Assembly (NCBI GenBank): GCA_963422365.1
Contig: OY729426.1
Location: 2,144,001 to 2,208,000 of the forward strand
Direction of reading: 5' to 3'
Length of the DNA: 64,000 nt
DNA from: Nitrospirales bacterium
GTDB taxonomy: Bacteria; Nitrospirota; Nitrospiria; Nitrospirales; UBA8639
The position numbers and the translations under genes are program-made. This document shows positions 41,357-50,496 of this stretch, piece after piece. Position 1 is the stretch's first letter. Each line of letters begins with the position of its first letter. Under the pieces are notes generated by a model. That model ran no database searches. It was not told the DNA's origin and was given only the letters and a program-made list of their open reading frames with translations.

Positions 41357-44300
41357 TCACACATTGCGGTCAGTGGCAGCACTGTTCACCACCCCCGCAG
41401 CAAGGCCGATCAGGATCCAGGCCAGACATCCCACGCTGAATATGTTTTGTAGCAGATGAATGTCGAACGTTTCGCATATAAGAACAGCGATAGTGCAGGC
41501 TGCGGCGTAGCAATGCACCGGGGTGACTTGCACGCCGGTGCGCACACGCAGGTTGAAAATCAGGGAAGCGCACAGGAGCGCGAGCGCGCCAAGGCCGAAA
41601 ACCCCTGTCTGTACCCCCACCTGCAAGTAGAGATTGTGGGCGGAAGCGGGAATGGTCTCGAAAGTCAAAGGGTCTACCGCGGCGTTGATGCGCTTGACAA
41701 CATCGCCAAGAGAGGCGAATCCGGGGTCCGGTGCCGCGCCGCACCCGGGAAGTCCATCGGGTCGGGCGCGGGGTTGGCCGCTACTTTGGCCGAGCGGCGG
41801 AAGGCAGCCGGTGAATTGGTTGCCGCGCAGGTGCAGGACCGAGAGCGCATCGAGCTCTGCCAGTTCCGGCGGGATGGCGTCGGTCAGATGGTTGTCCCCA
41901 AGCCACAGCTCCGAAAGGTTCGCGAGTTGGCCGAGCTCCGGCGGAACCGGGCCGGTCAGGGCGTTGGCATCCAGGCCGAGTTCGCGTAAGTTGGCGATCT
42001 GCCCCAGCTCCGGCGGGATGGGGCCGGTCAGATGGTTGTCCCCAAGCCACAGCTCCGAAAGGTTCGCGAGTTGGCCGAGCTCCGGCGGAACCGGGCCGGT
42101 CAGGGCGTTGGCATCCAGGCCGAGTTCGCGTAAGTTGGCGATCTGCCCCAGCTCCGGCGGGATGGGGCCGGTCAGATGGTTGTCCCCAAGCCACAGCTCC
42201 GAAAGGTTCGCGAGTTGGCCGAGCTCCGGCGGAACCGGGCCGGTCAGGGCGTTGGCATCCAGGCCGAGTTCGCGTAAGTTGGCGATCTGCCCCAGCTCCG
42301 GCGGGATGGGGCCGGTGAGCCGGTTGTCGTTGAGGCGCAGCCAGATGAGTTGGTCCAACTCCGCCAACGCCGCCGGCAGACGCCCATCGAGACCCATCCC
42401 GGACAAATCCAGACCGACCACCCGCTTCGTTTCCTGTGCAGCGGCTCCCCCTCGCGCTCCCCGACCGGCGGACCGCACCGGACTCACGGTGACGCCCTCC
42501 CAGGCAGAGATGGGCGTGGCATAGCTCCAGTTCAGGCTGGCGCTGCCGGCCAGGAGGTCGCGTATCTCCATCAAGGCGATAGCGTCTTCGCGCAAGCTGC
42601 GTTGGTTCGGGTGCGACGGATCGCAGAGCAGGTCGAGCTCCAGCTCGCGGTCCGCCAGATCATGCAATGCAAACGGAATGCAGCCGCTGAATTGGTTGCC
42701 GCCGAGCCGCAGCGCCGAGAGCCTGGTCAGCGCCCCCAGTTTCGGCGGAATAGCCCCGGTCAACCGATTGGCCCGCATGGACATCTCCTCCAGGTTCGCT
42801 AGGCTTCCCAGCTCCGAAGGGATAGCACCGCTCAATGCATTGTCGTCAAGCGCCAGCACCCGCAACTTGCTCAGCCGCCCCAGCTCGGACGGAATGGGCC
42901 CGGTCAGGGCATTATCGCTGAGGTGCAGCCAGACCAGGCTCTGCAGTTGCCCCAGCTCCGGCGGGATGGCGCCGGTCAACCCAGCCCCCGAGAGATCCAG
43001 CGCGAACACGCGCGGCGGTTCGCCGCCCACCGCGACGCCCTGCCAGGCATTGACGGGCGTGGCGTGGCTCCAGTTCAACACGCCACCACCATCCAGCAAC
43101 TCTTCTGCGGCCAGCAAGGCGGTGCAATCGCCGGCCAGGTTGTCCGCCTGCGCGGGCAGGCCGCCATCCATGCCCTCGGACGGGCAGAACAGATCGGGGC
43201 CGATGCGCCGCACGGTCGCGTCGGCAACGGCGTCGCCGCCAGGACGTGGAGCCGAAGGCGCTGCCGATGCTGCCGACGCCCGTGGCGTGTCGATGCCATT
43301 TCCGACAAGCCGCATTTCCTCCAGGTTCGGCAGCTTCGCCAGTGCGGGAGGAACCGGGCCGCTCAAGGCGTTGAAATCGAGCGCCAGCGTCCGCAGTTTC
43401 GCCAGTCCCGCCAGTTCCCGGGGAATCGGTCCGGTGAGCCGGTTGCGGCGCAGGTGCAGTAAGGCCAGTTGCTCCAGATCGCCGAGCTGCGGCGGAATAG
43501 GACCGCTCAGGGCGTTGGAACCAAGCACAAGCTCGCGCAAGTGGGTCAGCCGCCCCAACTCCGGCGGGATGGCGCCGGTGAGCCGATTGCGGTGGAGGCG
43601 CAGCACTGCAAGCCGGTCCAACTCCGAGAGGGCCGGGGGAATGCGGCCGCTCAGTCCCTTCTCCCGCAGAGTCAGCCCCGTCACCCGCGCCGGCGCACCG
43701 TCCAGCACCACGCCTTCCCAATATTCAAGGGGCGTCGAGTCGTCCCAATTCAAGGAGGCGGCGCCGGCCAGAACGTCCCGTGCGGACAGCAGAATCGCAC
43801 GGTCGGCAAGCAGGCCGGGGTTGCTCTGGAGGTATGTCGGGCTGGACAGGTCGGGGTCATGCCTGCCTGTCAGTGCAGGCGCAGCAGACTCCGGATCGAC
43901 ATCGTCACGTCTGGAGTCTTCCGGCGCCGCGTCGACGAAATCGTTATGCGATAGTTTGATGGACTCCAGTTTCTCAAGCCTTCTCAACGTCGGCAGGATG
44001 GAACCGGACAGGCGATTGAACTGGAGATTTAGCCACTTGAGGTTCTGCAGATGGCCCAATTCCGCTGGAATCGACCCGGTCAAACGGTTCGAGGCCAGGC
44101 TCAAGCCGCGCAGGCTGCGCAGATTACCCAACTCGGGTGGGATGGGACCGGTGAGCTGGTTGTCGTACAGATGCAGCAGGGTCAGGCTTTCCAGGTCGCC
44201 AAGCTGCGGCGGAATGGCGCCGGTGAGGGCATTGTCGCCGAGCAGAAGCTCCTGCAATTCAGCGAGACTCCCCAGTCCTGGCGGGATAGCGCCGGTGAGC

Positions 44301-47300
44301 CGGTTGCCGACAAGGCGCAGCGCCACAAGCCGGTCCAGCTCCGAAAGGACCGGAGGAACGATGCCGGTCAGCGCCATCGACGGCAAATTCAGCTCGACCA
44401 CACGAGCCGGCGCGCCGTCCAGCACCACGCCCTGCCAGAATTCGATGGGGATCGCGTCGCTCCAACCCAGCGTCGCTTCGCCCGCCAGAACGTCCCGTGC
44501 GGTCAGCAACACGGCGCAATCGTGGACCAGGCCGGGATCACTCCGGGGCGCCGCGCGGCGGCAGTGCCGATCGCGGTCGAGATCATGGGCCGCGACATGG
44601 CGTAGCGCGGACGGCGCGGCGCCCGTGAAATCATTGCCGGCAAGTCGCAGCGAGGACAGATTGCCCAGCATTGCCAATTCGGACGGGATATCGCCGCTCA
44701 ATTCGTTGCCGTTCAGCCACAGCTCTTTCAGATACGCAAGCTTTCCCAGTTGCGGCGGAATCGAGCCGGTGAGCCGGTTGCCGGCGAGGCGCAACGACAT
44801 AAGTTGATCCAGCCCGTCGAGCGCGGGTGGGATCCGGCCGCTCAGCCCGAGCCCCGTCAAATCCAGCTCAACCACTCGTGCGTCTCCGGCTGCCTCGCCT
44901 ATTATCACGCCAGGCCACGCACTGATGGGCCGAGAGCGTTTCCAGTCGAGCGCGGCATTGCCGGCCAGAACACCCCGCACGGCCAGCAGGGTGTTGCAGT
45001 CGCTGAGCAGTCCTCCATCGATGCCCAACCCCGACAGGCAGAGCAGATCCCGGGCAAAATCGTGGTCCGCCACCTCGTACAGTCCTTGCGGCACAGCACC
45101 GGAAAAGTCGTTGCCGGCGAGGCGCAGCACCCGCAGGTTACGCAGCCGTCCCAGCTCGGGCGGAATCGGGCCGGTCAGAGCATTGTTGCTCAGCCTCAGC
45201 AGTTCCAGCCTGTTCAGGTGCCCCAACTCCGGTGGCAGGGTGCCGCGCAAGTCCTTTTTCGGCAAATCCAACCCGATCACGCGAGCCGGCGCGCCACCTA
45301 CCTTCACGCCCTGCCACGCCCCGATGGGCCGGGTTCGTTTCCAGTTGAGCGTGGCGTCGCCCGCCAGAACGTCCCGCGCTTCCAGCAGCGCGGTGCAATC
45401 TTCGAGCAGGCCGTTGCCGATACCCGGCGATGGGAATCCTGCCTTGCCGGCAGGCAGGCAGAACAGATCAAGACCCCAATCGTGCTCGCCGACATGGTCG
45501 AGCGTCGGCGGCAAGCCGCCAGCAAGATCGTTTCCGGCAAGTCGCAGAATCGACAGACCGAACGGCCGACCGAGTTCCGGCGGAATGCTGCCGCTCAGCC
45601 GGTTGTTTGCGAGCCGTAACTCCCTCAGGCGCATGAGTTCCCCCAGTTCCGGCGGAATGGAACCGGTGAGCCGGTTGTCGCCAAGGCGTAGCGACACGAG
45701 CCCGTCCAGCGCGCCGAGCGCGGGCGGGAGCCGCCCGCTCAGCCCGAGCCCCGTCAAGTCCAGCCCGACTACTCGTATGCCCCCTGGAGCCTCGCCGACT
45801 GCCACGCCCTGCCATGCCGCGATGGGCCTGGCGCGTTTCCAGTCAAGCGCGGCGTTCCCGGCCAGGGCGTCCCGCGCAGCCAGCAGGGTCTCGCAGTCGG
45901 CGAGCAGACCCTTGCTGAGTCGCGGTAACGGCAGGCAGAACAGGTCCCGGTCGAGGTCATGGTCCGCCGTATCGTGCAGCGCCGCCGGCACGGTGCCGGT
46001 GAAGTCGTTGCCGGCAAGACGTAGCAGCGACAGGTTGGTTAGATTCGCCAGTTCTAACGGTACTTCGCCGCTCAGCCGGTTGCCGCGTAACCACAGATCC
46101 TCAAGGTTTTCGAGCGCTCCGAGTTGCGGTGGGACGGGGCCGCTCAAGGCATTGTCGTCGAGCGCCAGCACCCGCAAGTTGCTCAGCCGCCCCAACTCGG
46201 ACGGGATGGGGCCGGTCAGGGCGTTGTTGCTCAGCCTCAGCAACTCTAGCTTGTCCAGCCGCCCCAACTCCGGCGGAACGACGCCGGCCAATCCCCGTTT
46301 CGACAGATCCAGCGCGACCACCCGCGGCGGCGCGCCACCTACCTTCACACCCCGCCAATCGCGGAGAAGCCTGGAAGGCTTCCACCTCCCAAGAGCTCTG
46401 AAGCCACCGTCCAGGGCATTCCGCGCCTCCAGCAGCGCGGCGCAGTCTTCGAGAAGACCCGGGTTCCAATGGTCCATGCAGGAAGGATCGAGGTCCGACG
46501 GTCTCGCGGCAGGAAGTGCATCCCCCGCCTTGCCGGTCGGCAGCTCGCCCGTCAGGCGTGTGAGCACAGCGCCAGGACCATGGCCAAGCCAGGGGGACTC
46601 CGAGATGGCGACCAGCGAGTACCGCCACAGCACCTCACGACCGGTCAGGAGACTGCCTCCTGTGAAATCTCTGACGGAATCGCCGAAAATCGCTTCTACT
46701 GCATCGGACAACGAAGTGCCCAACAGCACGATTGGTGCGCCGATGAGCAAACCGGCGGTCGCCACCAATACGCCGGTGCGTAACCGGTTTCGCAGGAAAA
46801 AGTACCCGCTCCAGTACAACGGATAGGCCAGCAACGCGGCAAGCACTAGCGATCGGTATCCGAAGATGATGGCAATCAACGCAACCAACAGGAACAGGCT
46901 GTGCGCCCACCAATGCTGACTCTTTCGGTTGTCGGAGCGGGCGATGACGATGAGCCCGACGGTCAGCAGCAAGTAGCTCAGAAGGATGGCGATGCCGTGC
47001 GGGTTGAACTCGGTCGGTAGCAGGTACAGCGGAAACAGTGCCGAGGCTGCTGTCAGCAAGAGGGGGATAACGTACTTGGCCCGAATCAATGTCGGAGCAT
47101 TGCGCCAGCAGAACAGAAAGATGACGCCGGCGAACAGAATCGCGACAAGATTGCTGGCGCCCTGGAGGCTGAACTCCACGAGCAGGCCGGCCGCGTAGAC
47201 CGTCATCAGCGCGGCGAAGCAGAGGACGGTCGTCCGCGCGGAGGCCGGAAATGGCTCCCTGAACAGCGAGAGCGCGAGGAACAACAGGGTCACGCCGAAG

Positions 47301-47512
47301 ATCCCGTCGGCGATCGGGCCGGGAGCGTAGATGCGCAGCAAGTTCGCCGCCAACAATAAAGCCAGCAGCACCAAGCTGTCGCCGGGGAAGGACAGACGCC
47401 TGGCGATCACGCCGAGTACGGACGCGCCGCCGATCAGCGCACGTCGAATCCGTGCGACGTAACGATGCCCGGCAATCCGGTGGGACATGTCCGCAACGCC
47501 GGACCGCTTCAC
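41357..47512 (-). CDS. O-antigen ligase/Wzy-family membrane protein with ~1640-aa plant-type LRR array inserted in the periplasmic loop (2051 aa)
   Basis: TM-rich aa 1-290; TGREVLW...ESPWLGHGPG (aa ~292-314); 8 capped LRR modules; SAHNLYLQVGVQTGVFGL (His ~1959) plus final TMs; start GTG overlaps upstream stop (GTGA). Confidence 0.9.
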   Translation of the reverse strand: MKRSGVADMSHRIAGHRYVARIRRALIGGASVLGVIARRLSFPGDSLVLLALLLAANLLRIYAPGPIADGIFGVTLLFLALSLFREPFPASARTTVLCFAALMTVYAAGLLVEFSLQGASNLVAILFAGVIFLFCWRNAPTLIRAKYVIPLLLTAASALFPLYLLPTEFNPHGIAILLSYLLLTVGLIVIARSDNRKSQHWWAHSLFLLVALIAIIFGYRSLVLAALLAYPLYWSGYFFLRNRLRTGVLVATAGLLIGAPIVLLGTSLSDAVEAIFGDSVRDFTGGSLLTGREVLWRYSLVAISESPWLGHGPGAVLTRLTGELPTGKAGDALPAARPSDLDPSCMDHWNPGLLEDCAALLEARNALDGGFRALGRWKPSRLLRDWRGVKVGGAPPRVVALDLSKRGLAGVVPPELGRLDKLELLRLSNNALTGPIPSELGRLSNLRVLALDDNALSGPVPPQLGALENLEDLWLRGNRLSGEVPLELANLTNLSLLRLAGNDFTGTVPAALHDTADHDLDRDLFCLPLPRLSKGLLADCETLLAARDALAGNAALDWKRARPIAAWQGVAVGEAPGGIRVVGLDLTGLGLSGRLPPALGALDGLVSLRLGDNRLTGSIPPELGELMRLRELRLANNRLSGSIPPELGRPFGLSILRLAGNDLAGGLPPTLDHVGEHDWGLDLFCLPAGKAGFPSPGIGNGLLEDCTALLEARDVLAGDATLNWKRTRPIGAWQGVKVGGAPARVIGLDLPKKDLRGTLPPELGHLNRLELLRLSNNALTGPIPPELGRLRNLRVLRLAGNDFSGAVPQGLYEVADHDFARDLLCLSGLGIDGGLLSDCNTLLAVRGVLAGNAALDWKRSRPISAWPGVIIGEAAGDARVVELDLTGLGLSGRIPPALDGLDQLMSLRLAGNRLTGSIPPQLGKLAYLKELWLNGNELSGDIPSELAMLGNLSSLRLAGNDFTGAAPSALRHVAAHDLDRDRHCRRAAPRSDPGLVHDCAVLLTARDVLAGEATLGWSDAIPIEFWQGVVLDGAPARVVELNLPSMALTGIVPPVLSELDRLVALRLVGNRLTGAIPPGLGSLAELQELLLGDNALTGAIPPQLGDLESLTLLHLYDNQLTGPIPPELGNLRSLRGLSLASNRLTGSIPAELGHLQNLKWLNLQFNRLSGSILPTLRRLEKLESIKLSHNDFVDAAPEDSRRDDVDPESAAPALTGRHDPDLSSPTYLQSNPGLLADRAILLSARDVLAGAASLNWDDSTPLEYWEGVVLDGAPARVTGLTLREKGLSGRIPPALSELDRLAVLRLHRNRLTGAIPPELGRLTHLRELVLGSNALSGPIPPQLGDLEQLALLHLRRNRLTGPIPRELAGLAKLRTLALDFNALSGPVPPALAKLPNLEEMRLVGNGIDTPRASAASAAPSAPRPGGDAVADATVRRIGPDLFCPSEGMDGGLPAQADNLAGDCTALLAAEELLDGGGVLNWSHATPVNAWQGVAVGGEPPRVFALDLSGAGLTGAIPPELGQLQSLVWLHLSDNALTGPIPSELGRLSKLRVLALDDNALSGAIPSELGSLANLEEMSMRANRLTGAIPPKLGALTRLSALRLGGNQFSGCIPFALHDLADRELELDLLCDPSHPNQRSLREDAIALMEIRDLLAGSASLNWSYATPISAWEGVTVSPVRSAGRGARGGAAAQETKRVVGLDLSGMGLDGRLPAALAELDQLIWLRLNDNRLTGPIPPELGQIANLRELGLDANALTGPVPPELGQLANLSELWLGDNHLTGPIPPELGQIANLRELGLDANALTGPVPPELGQLANLSELWLGDNHLTGPIPPELGQIANLRELGLDANALTGPVPPELGQLANLSELWLGDNHLTDAIPPELAELDALSVLHLRGNQFTGCLPPLGQSSGQPRARPDGLPGCGAAPDPGFASLGDVVKRINAAVDPLTFETIPASAHNLYLQVGVQTGVFGLGALALLCASLIFNLRVRTGVQVTPVHCYAAACTIAVLICETFDIHLLQNIFSVGCLAWILIGLAAGVVNSAATDRNV
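41881..42312 (-). repeat. Three apparently identical 144-bp tandem units (two LRRs each)
   Basis: CGGTCAGATGGTTGTCCCCAAG recurs at 41881, 42025, 42169. Confidence 0.95.
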
Positions 47513-48636
47513 TCGGAACCTCTCACGATGTCCTTGATCGCATCCCGCAGGATGATGTCTTCATTCCCCAGCGTGTACTCATCAGGCGGCAGCGCCGCCA
47601 TATTGGCCCGCCAACGATCCCAGATCGCGGCCTCGATACTGCGTATCTCCGCCGCCGCCGCTTCAATCTCGGACGACGCGATGGTCAGTCCGATGTCGAA
47701 CCGACGCACCTGATCGGCATCCCCGCAGCCAGCCCGAACGATGATCGGCCTCTGGAAGAGGCAGGCATCATAGTACCTGTTCGTCCGCTTCCAGCCGTGT
47801 GGTTCCCCTGGCGGATAGCAGACCAGGGCCATGTCGACGCGGCCATAGAGTACCGGCAGATCCGTCGGATGGTCGTAGGGGCCGAGAATCTCGCTGTTGG
47901 GCATTTCTCCCTGTATTTCCGAGAGTTTCCGGCAGGGCGCCGATTGCGGCCCGGCGAGAACTGCGGAGAACCGGTCGGTCGTGCGCATCAACGAGTCGAG
48001 AACGCGCAGCGACCATTCATCTCTCAGGTAGCCGAACCAGCCAATGCGCAGCGGCCGGTCCACCAGCGGTCGGCCCTTCGGGGGATACGCGCACTTGGCG
48101 CGGACGACCGCCGCAAACCGTCCATCGACCTTGTTTTCGATGATCACACTCGGCGTCTCTAGCTTCAGCCGGTTGCGGTAGTAGTCGGAGTAGCCGTCGG
48201 TCGTCAGCACCAGCAGCCGGCAGGCGCGAGTCGTCAGCTTGTCAATCGCTCGAACCGTGCGCCCGAGCAGGCCGGCGGCGACCTGAATCTCCCGGATGTC
48301 CGCCGCCTCGACGACAACGGGCACTTTCAGCCTGGGTCCGGAGAGCAAGGCCAGGAGAGCCATATCGGCATTGAACGCATAGACGACGTCATTGCGGCGC
48401 ATGGCAGCTCTGACCTTGGGTACGGCCAACATCAATTTTCTGATTCGGGCGCCGTAGCGCCCGTTCGAAATGTCCCCTAGTTCCACGAACGGGCAGTCTG
48501 GCCGGCGGCCGAGATAATGGCTGCGTTCGAAACCCAAAGCTTCGACCCGAAAGCCCACCTGCCGCAACATGTCGACGCGCTTGGAAATCCTGGCATCGGT
48601 TCCTATCGGCAGGATGCAAAGCACTCGAATTGTCAT
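47509..48636 (-). CDS. GT-B glycosyltransferase (ExoL-like)
   Basis: ARISKRVDML...GF.V...GFER, YAFNADM, VEAADIR, ENKV, IGWFG.LR, GPY..P.DL..LY, NRYYD. Confidence 0.75.
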   Translation of the reverse strand: MTIRVLCILPIGTDARISKRVDMLRQVGFRVEALGFERSHYLGRRPDCPFVELGDISNGRYGARIRKLMLAVPKVRAAMRRNDVVYAFNADMALLALLSGPRLKVPVVVEAADIREIQVAAGLLGRTVRAIDKLTTRACRLLVLTTDGYSDYYRNRLKLETPSVIIENKVDGRFAAVVRAKCAYPPKGRPLVDRPLRIGWFGYLRDEWSLRVLDSLMRTTDRFSAVLAGPQSAPCRKLSEIQGEMPNSEILGPYDHPTDLPVLYGRVDMALVCYPPGEPHGWKRTNRYYDACLFQRPIIVRAGCGDADQVRRFDIGLTIASSEIEAAAAEIRSIEAAIWDRWRANMAALPPDEYTLGNEDIILRDAIKDIVRGSE

Positions 48637-48769
48637 GACCCGCAATCTGCCAGGCAATTCATCCTTGTCCTTCTGCCTACCTTCGCCCGGTTCTGTCCCG
48701 GGGCGGAAGGAAGAAGCCGGCGCTCCAGCGAATGGCGTAGGTGCTGTCCAACGTGCTGACGAGAAAGGA

Positions 48770-49035
48770 GCTTCATCCGGATTGGTCTAGGCCGGCATAT
48801 ATTATGATGGGCATATTAAGATATGGCCCCATTCCGACTTCCATGACCGTTGCGCCCGCGGGGCGGCGTCCATGTGCTCGTATCGCGTCGGCCAAATCCA
48901 CACAGAGATTGATATGGTGTTTGGGCGTATTACGAGAGCTAAAAAGCCGCTGGGCGTATCTGTAGCACTTACGGCCCAACGGTTCGGCAGGGCGGCGAAT
49001 GCGTTCTGCAATCTTGCCTTGGTTTGCCATTTCAT
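48770..49035 (-). pseudogene. Frameshifted, truncated methyltransferase-like gene
   Basis: ATGA-coupled to flippase stop; MKWQTKARLQNAFAALP / EPLGRKCYRYAQR...ATVMEVGMG. Confidence 0.55.
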
Positions 49036-50444
49036 GATCCGATCCCATTCCTTACAGTTTTCCACAGGTATGCGAAATCAGCGCGGCGCGGCAGCCAGAT
49101 GGCGCACAAGGTCGCGCCGGTCCGCCAGTGGAACATCATGGCGAGGTAAGCGGTGCGGACAATCAGCCCGATGGTCATGGCCCAGGCGGCGGCTTCGATG
49201 CCGAGCGCCGGATGCAGCGCCAGAAACGAGGCGATATTGGCGATCAAGCCGAACCACACGGCCCAGGAACAGACTCCCGGCCGGTTCACGCCGCTGAAGT
49301 AGGTAATGAACATGCCGCCCCCGGCGTAGGCGAGGATCCCGGGCGCCAGAATCCACAGCAGCGGCACCGCCGGCAGGAAGGCCTCGGAAAGCAGAACCCG
49401 CACCAGCGGCGTGCTGATGGCCAGCAGCACCGCCAGCGCACCGCCGGTCGCCAAGCAGACCAGGCGCAGATTGAGCCCGACCAGCTTTTCGGGCTGCTTG
49501 ATCGCGCCGCTTGCCACGCGCGGGTACAGGACGATTCCGACCGCGCTGGAAATCAGGCCGAGGCGGAGCATGAGCATACTGGCAGCAGCGAACAGCCCGA
49601 TGTCGGCGCGGCCGGCCAGCATGCCCAGAGCGAATACGCCGACATGCGGTTCAGCCTCGTTTCCCACCCGCATGACGTGGTACCGCAAGCCATAGCCGAG
49701 CACCCGGCGACACCCTGACAGGGACGGCAGCTCGAACGCCAGCCCGCAATGCTTGCGCAGGTCACAAAGGCAGGCGGCAGTCATGAACACATGACCGGCG
49801 ATCAAGGCCATGAGGGCCCCGTCCACCCCGAGCTCCAGATGCCACACCAGAGCCACAGTTGCCAGCACCACGACCAGGGATTGGGCCGGCAGGAAAACTG
49901 CGAGCGGTCCGAAGCGCCGCAGCCCGGCGAGCTGCAACTCCACCGCGACCGACATCGAGATGAGCGGCACCAGCGCCAGGGACAGATGAAAGGAGTGGGC
50001 GGGCGCTTGCCGGAAAAAAGCCAGACTGCCGTGGATGAGCGGCAGCGCTACCGCCACCGCCACGGCGCTGCCGACGAGACAGGCGGCCAGGGCCAGGAAC
50101 AGGCTTTGTGACAGGCTGATCTGCCTGGCAACGGCGTAGTACTGGGCGCCGCGGTCGATGCTGAAGGTGAAGACCACGCTCAGCAGAAACGCAAACGTGA
50201 CGCAGACCGCGTAGGCGCCTCGACCTTCGGGCAGCAGGAGGTAGGCCAGCAGGCTCTGGGTCAGGATGCTGACCGCGTACACCCCGGCCCGGGACGTGAA
50301 GGTGACGGCGACTTCCTGCCCGCCGGCCATGTTCACACTGCGTGCGGCAGCGGTCCGGTCGATCATGGTATCATCGCGATCCGGTCTCTCGCGGCAGGCG
50401 CTGCTCACGAATTTCGCCACGTCCGGTTCTCCTCCGACAAGCAT
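49032..50444 (-). CDS. Wzx-type oligosaccharide flippase
   Basis: Many TM helices, LA.LL.PEGRGAYA, IGLFAAA, F..AVP.L.ILAPG; start may be further downstream. Confidence 0.85.
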   Translation of the reverse strand: MLVGGEPDVAKFVSSACRERPDRDDTMIDRTAAARSVNMAGGQEVAVTFTSRAGVYAVSILTQSLLAYLLLPEGRGAYAVCVTFAFLLSVVFTFSIDRGAQYYAVARQISLSQSLFLALAACLVGSAVAVAVALPLIHGSLAFFRQAPAHSFHLSLALVPLISMSVAVELQLAGLRRFGPLAVFLPAQSLVVVLATVALVWHLELGVDGALMALIAGHVFMTAACLCDLRKHCGLAFELPSLSGCRRVLGYGLRYHVMRVGNEAEPHVGVFALGMLAGRADIGLFAAASMLMLRLGLISSAVGIVLYPRVASGAIKQPEKLVGLNLRLVCLATGGALAVLLAISTPLVRVLLSEAFLPAVPLLWILAPGILAYAGGGMFITYFSGVNRPGVCSWAVWFGLIANIASFLALHPALGIEAAAWAMTIGLIVRTAYLAMMFHWRTGATLCAIWLPRRADFAYLWKTVRNGIGS

Positions 50445-50496
50445 AACTTCATCCCTTACTGACCTCGATCGGAAGCGACGACTGTCCCAGGCTGCC

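Noticed and set aside
41634..46826. Long plus-strand ORFs (296, 709, 633, 289 aa)
   Set aside because: Antisense shadows of the GC-rich repetitive LRR gene; Ser/Pro/Arg-rich with no independent motifs.
41357..47512. Diversity-generating retroelement acting on the LRRs
   Set aside because: No reverse transcriptase and no template/variable repeat pair with adenine-specific mismatches seen.
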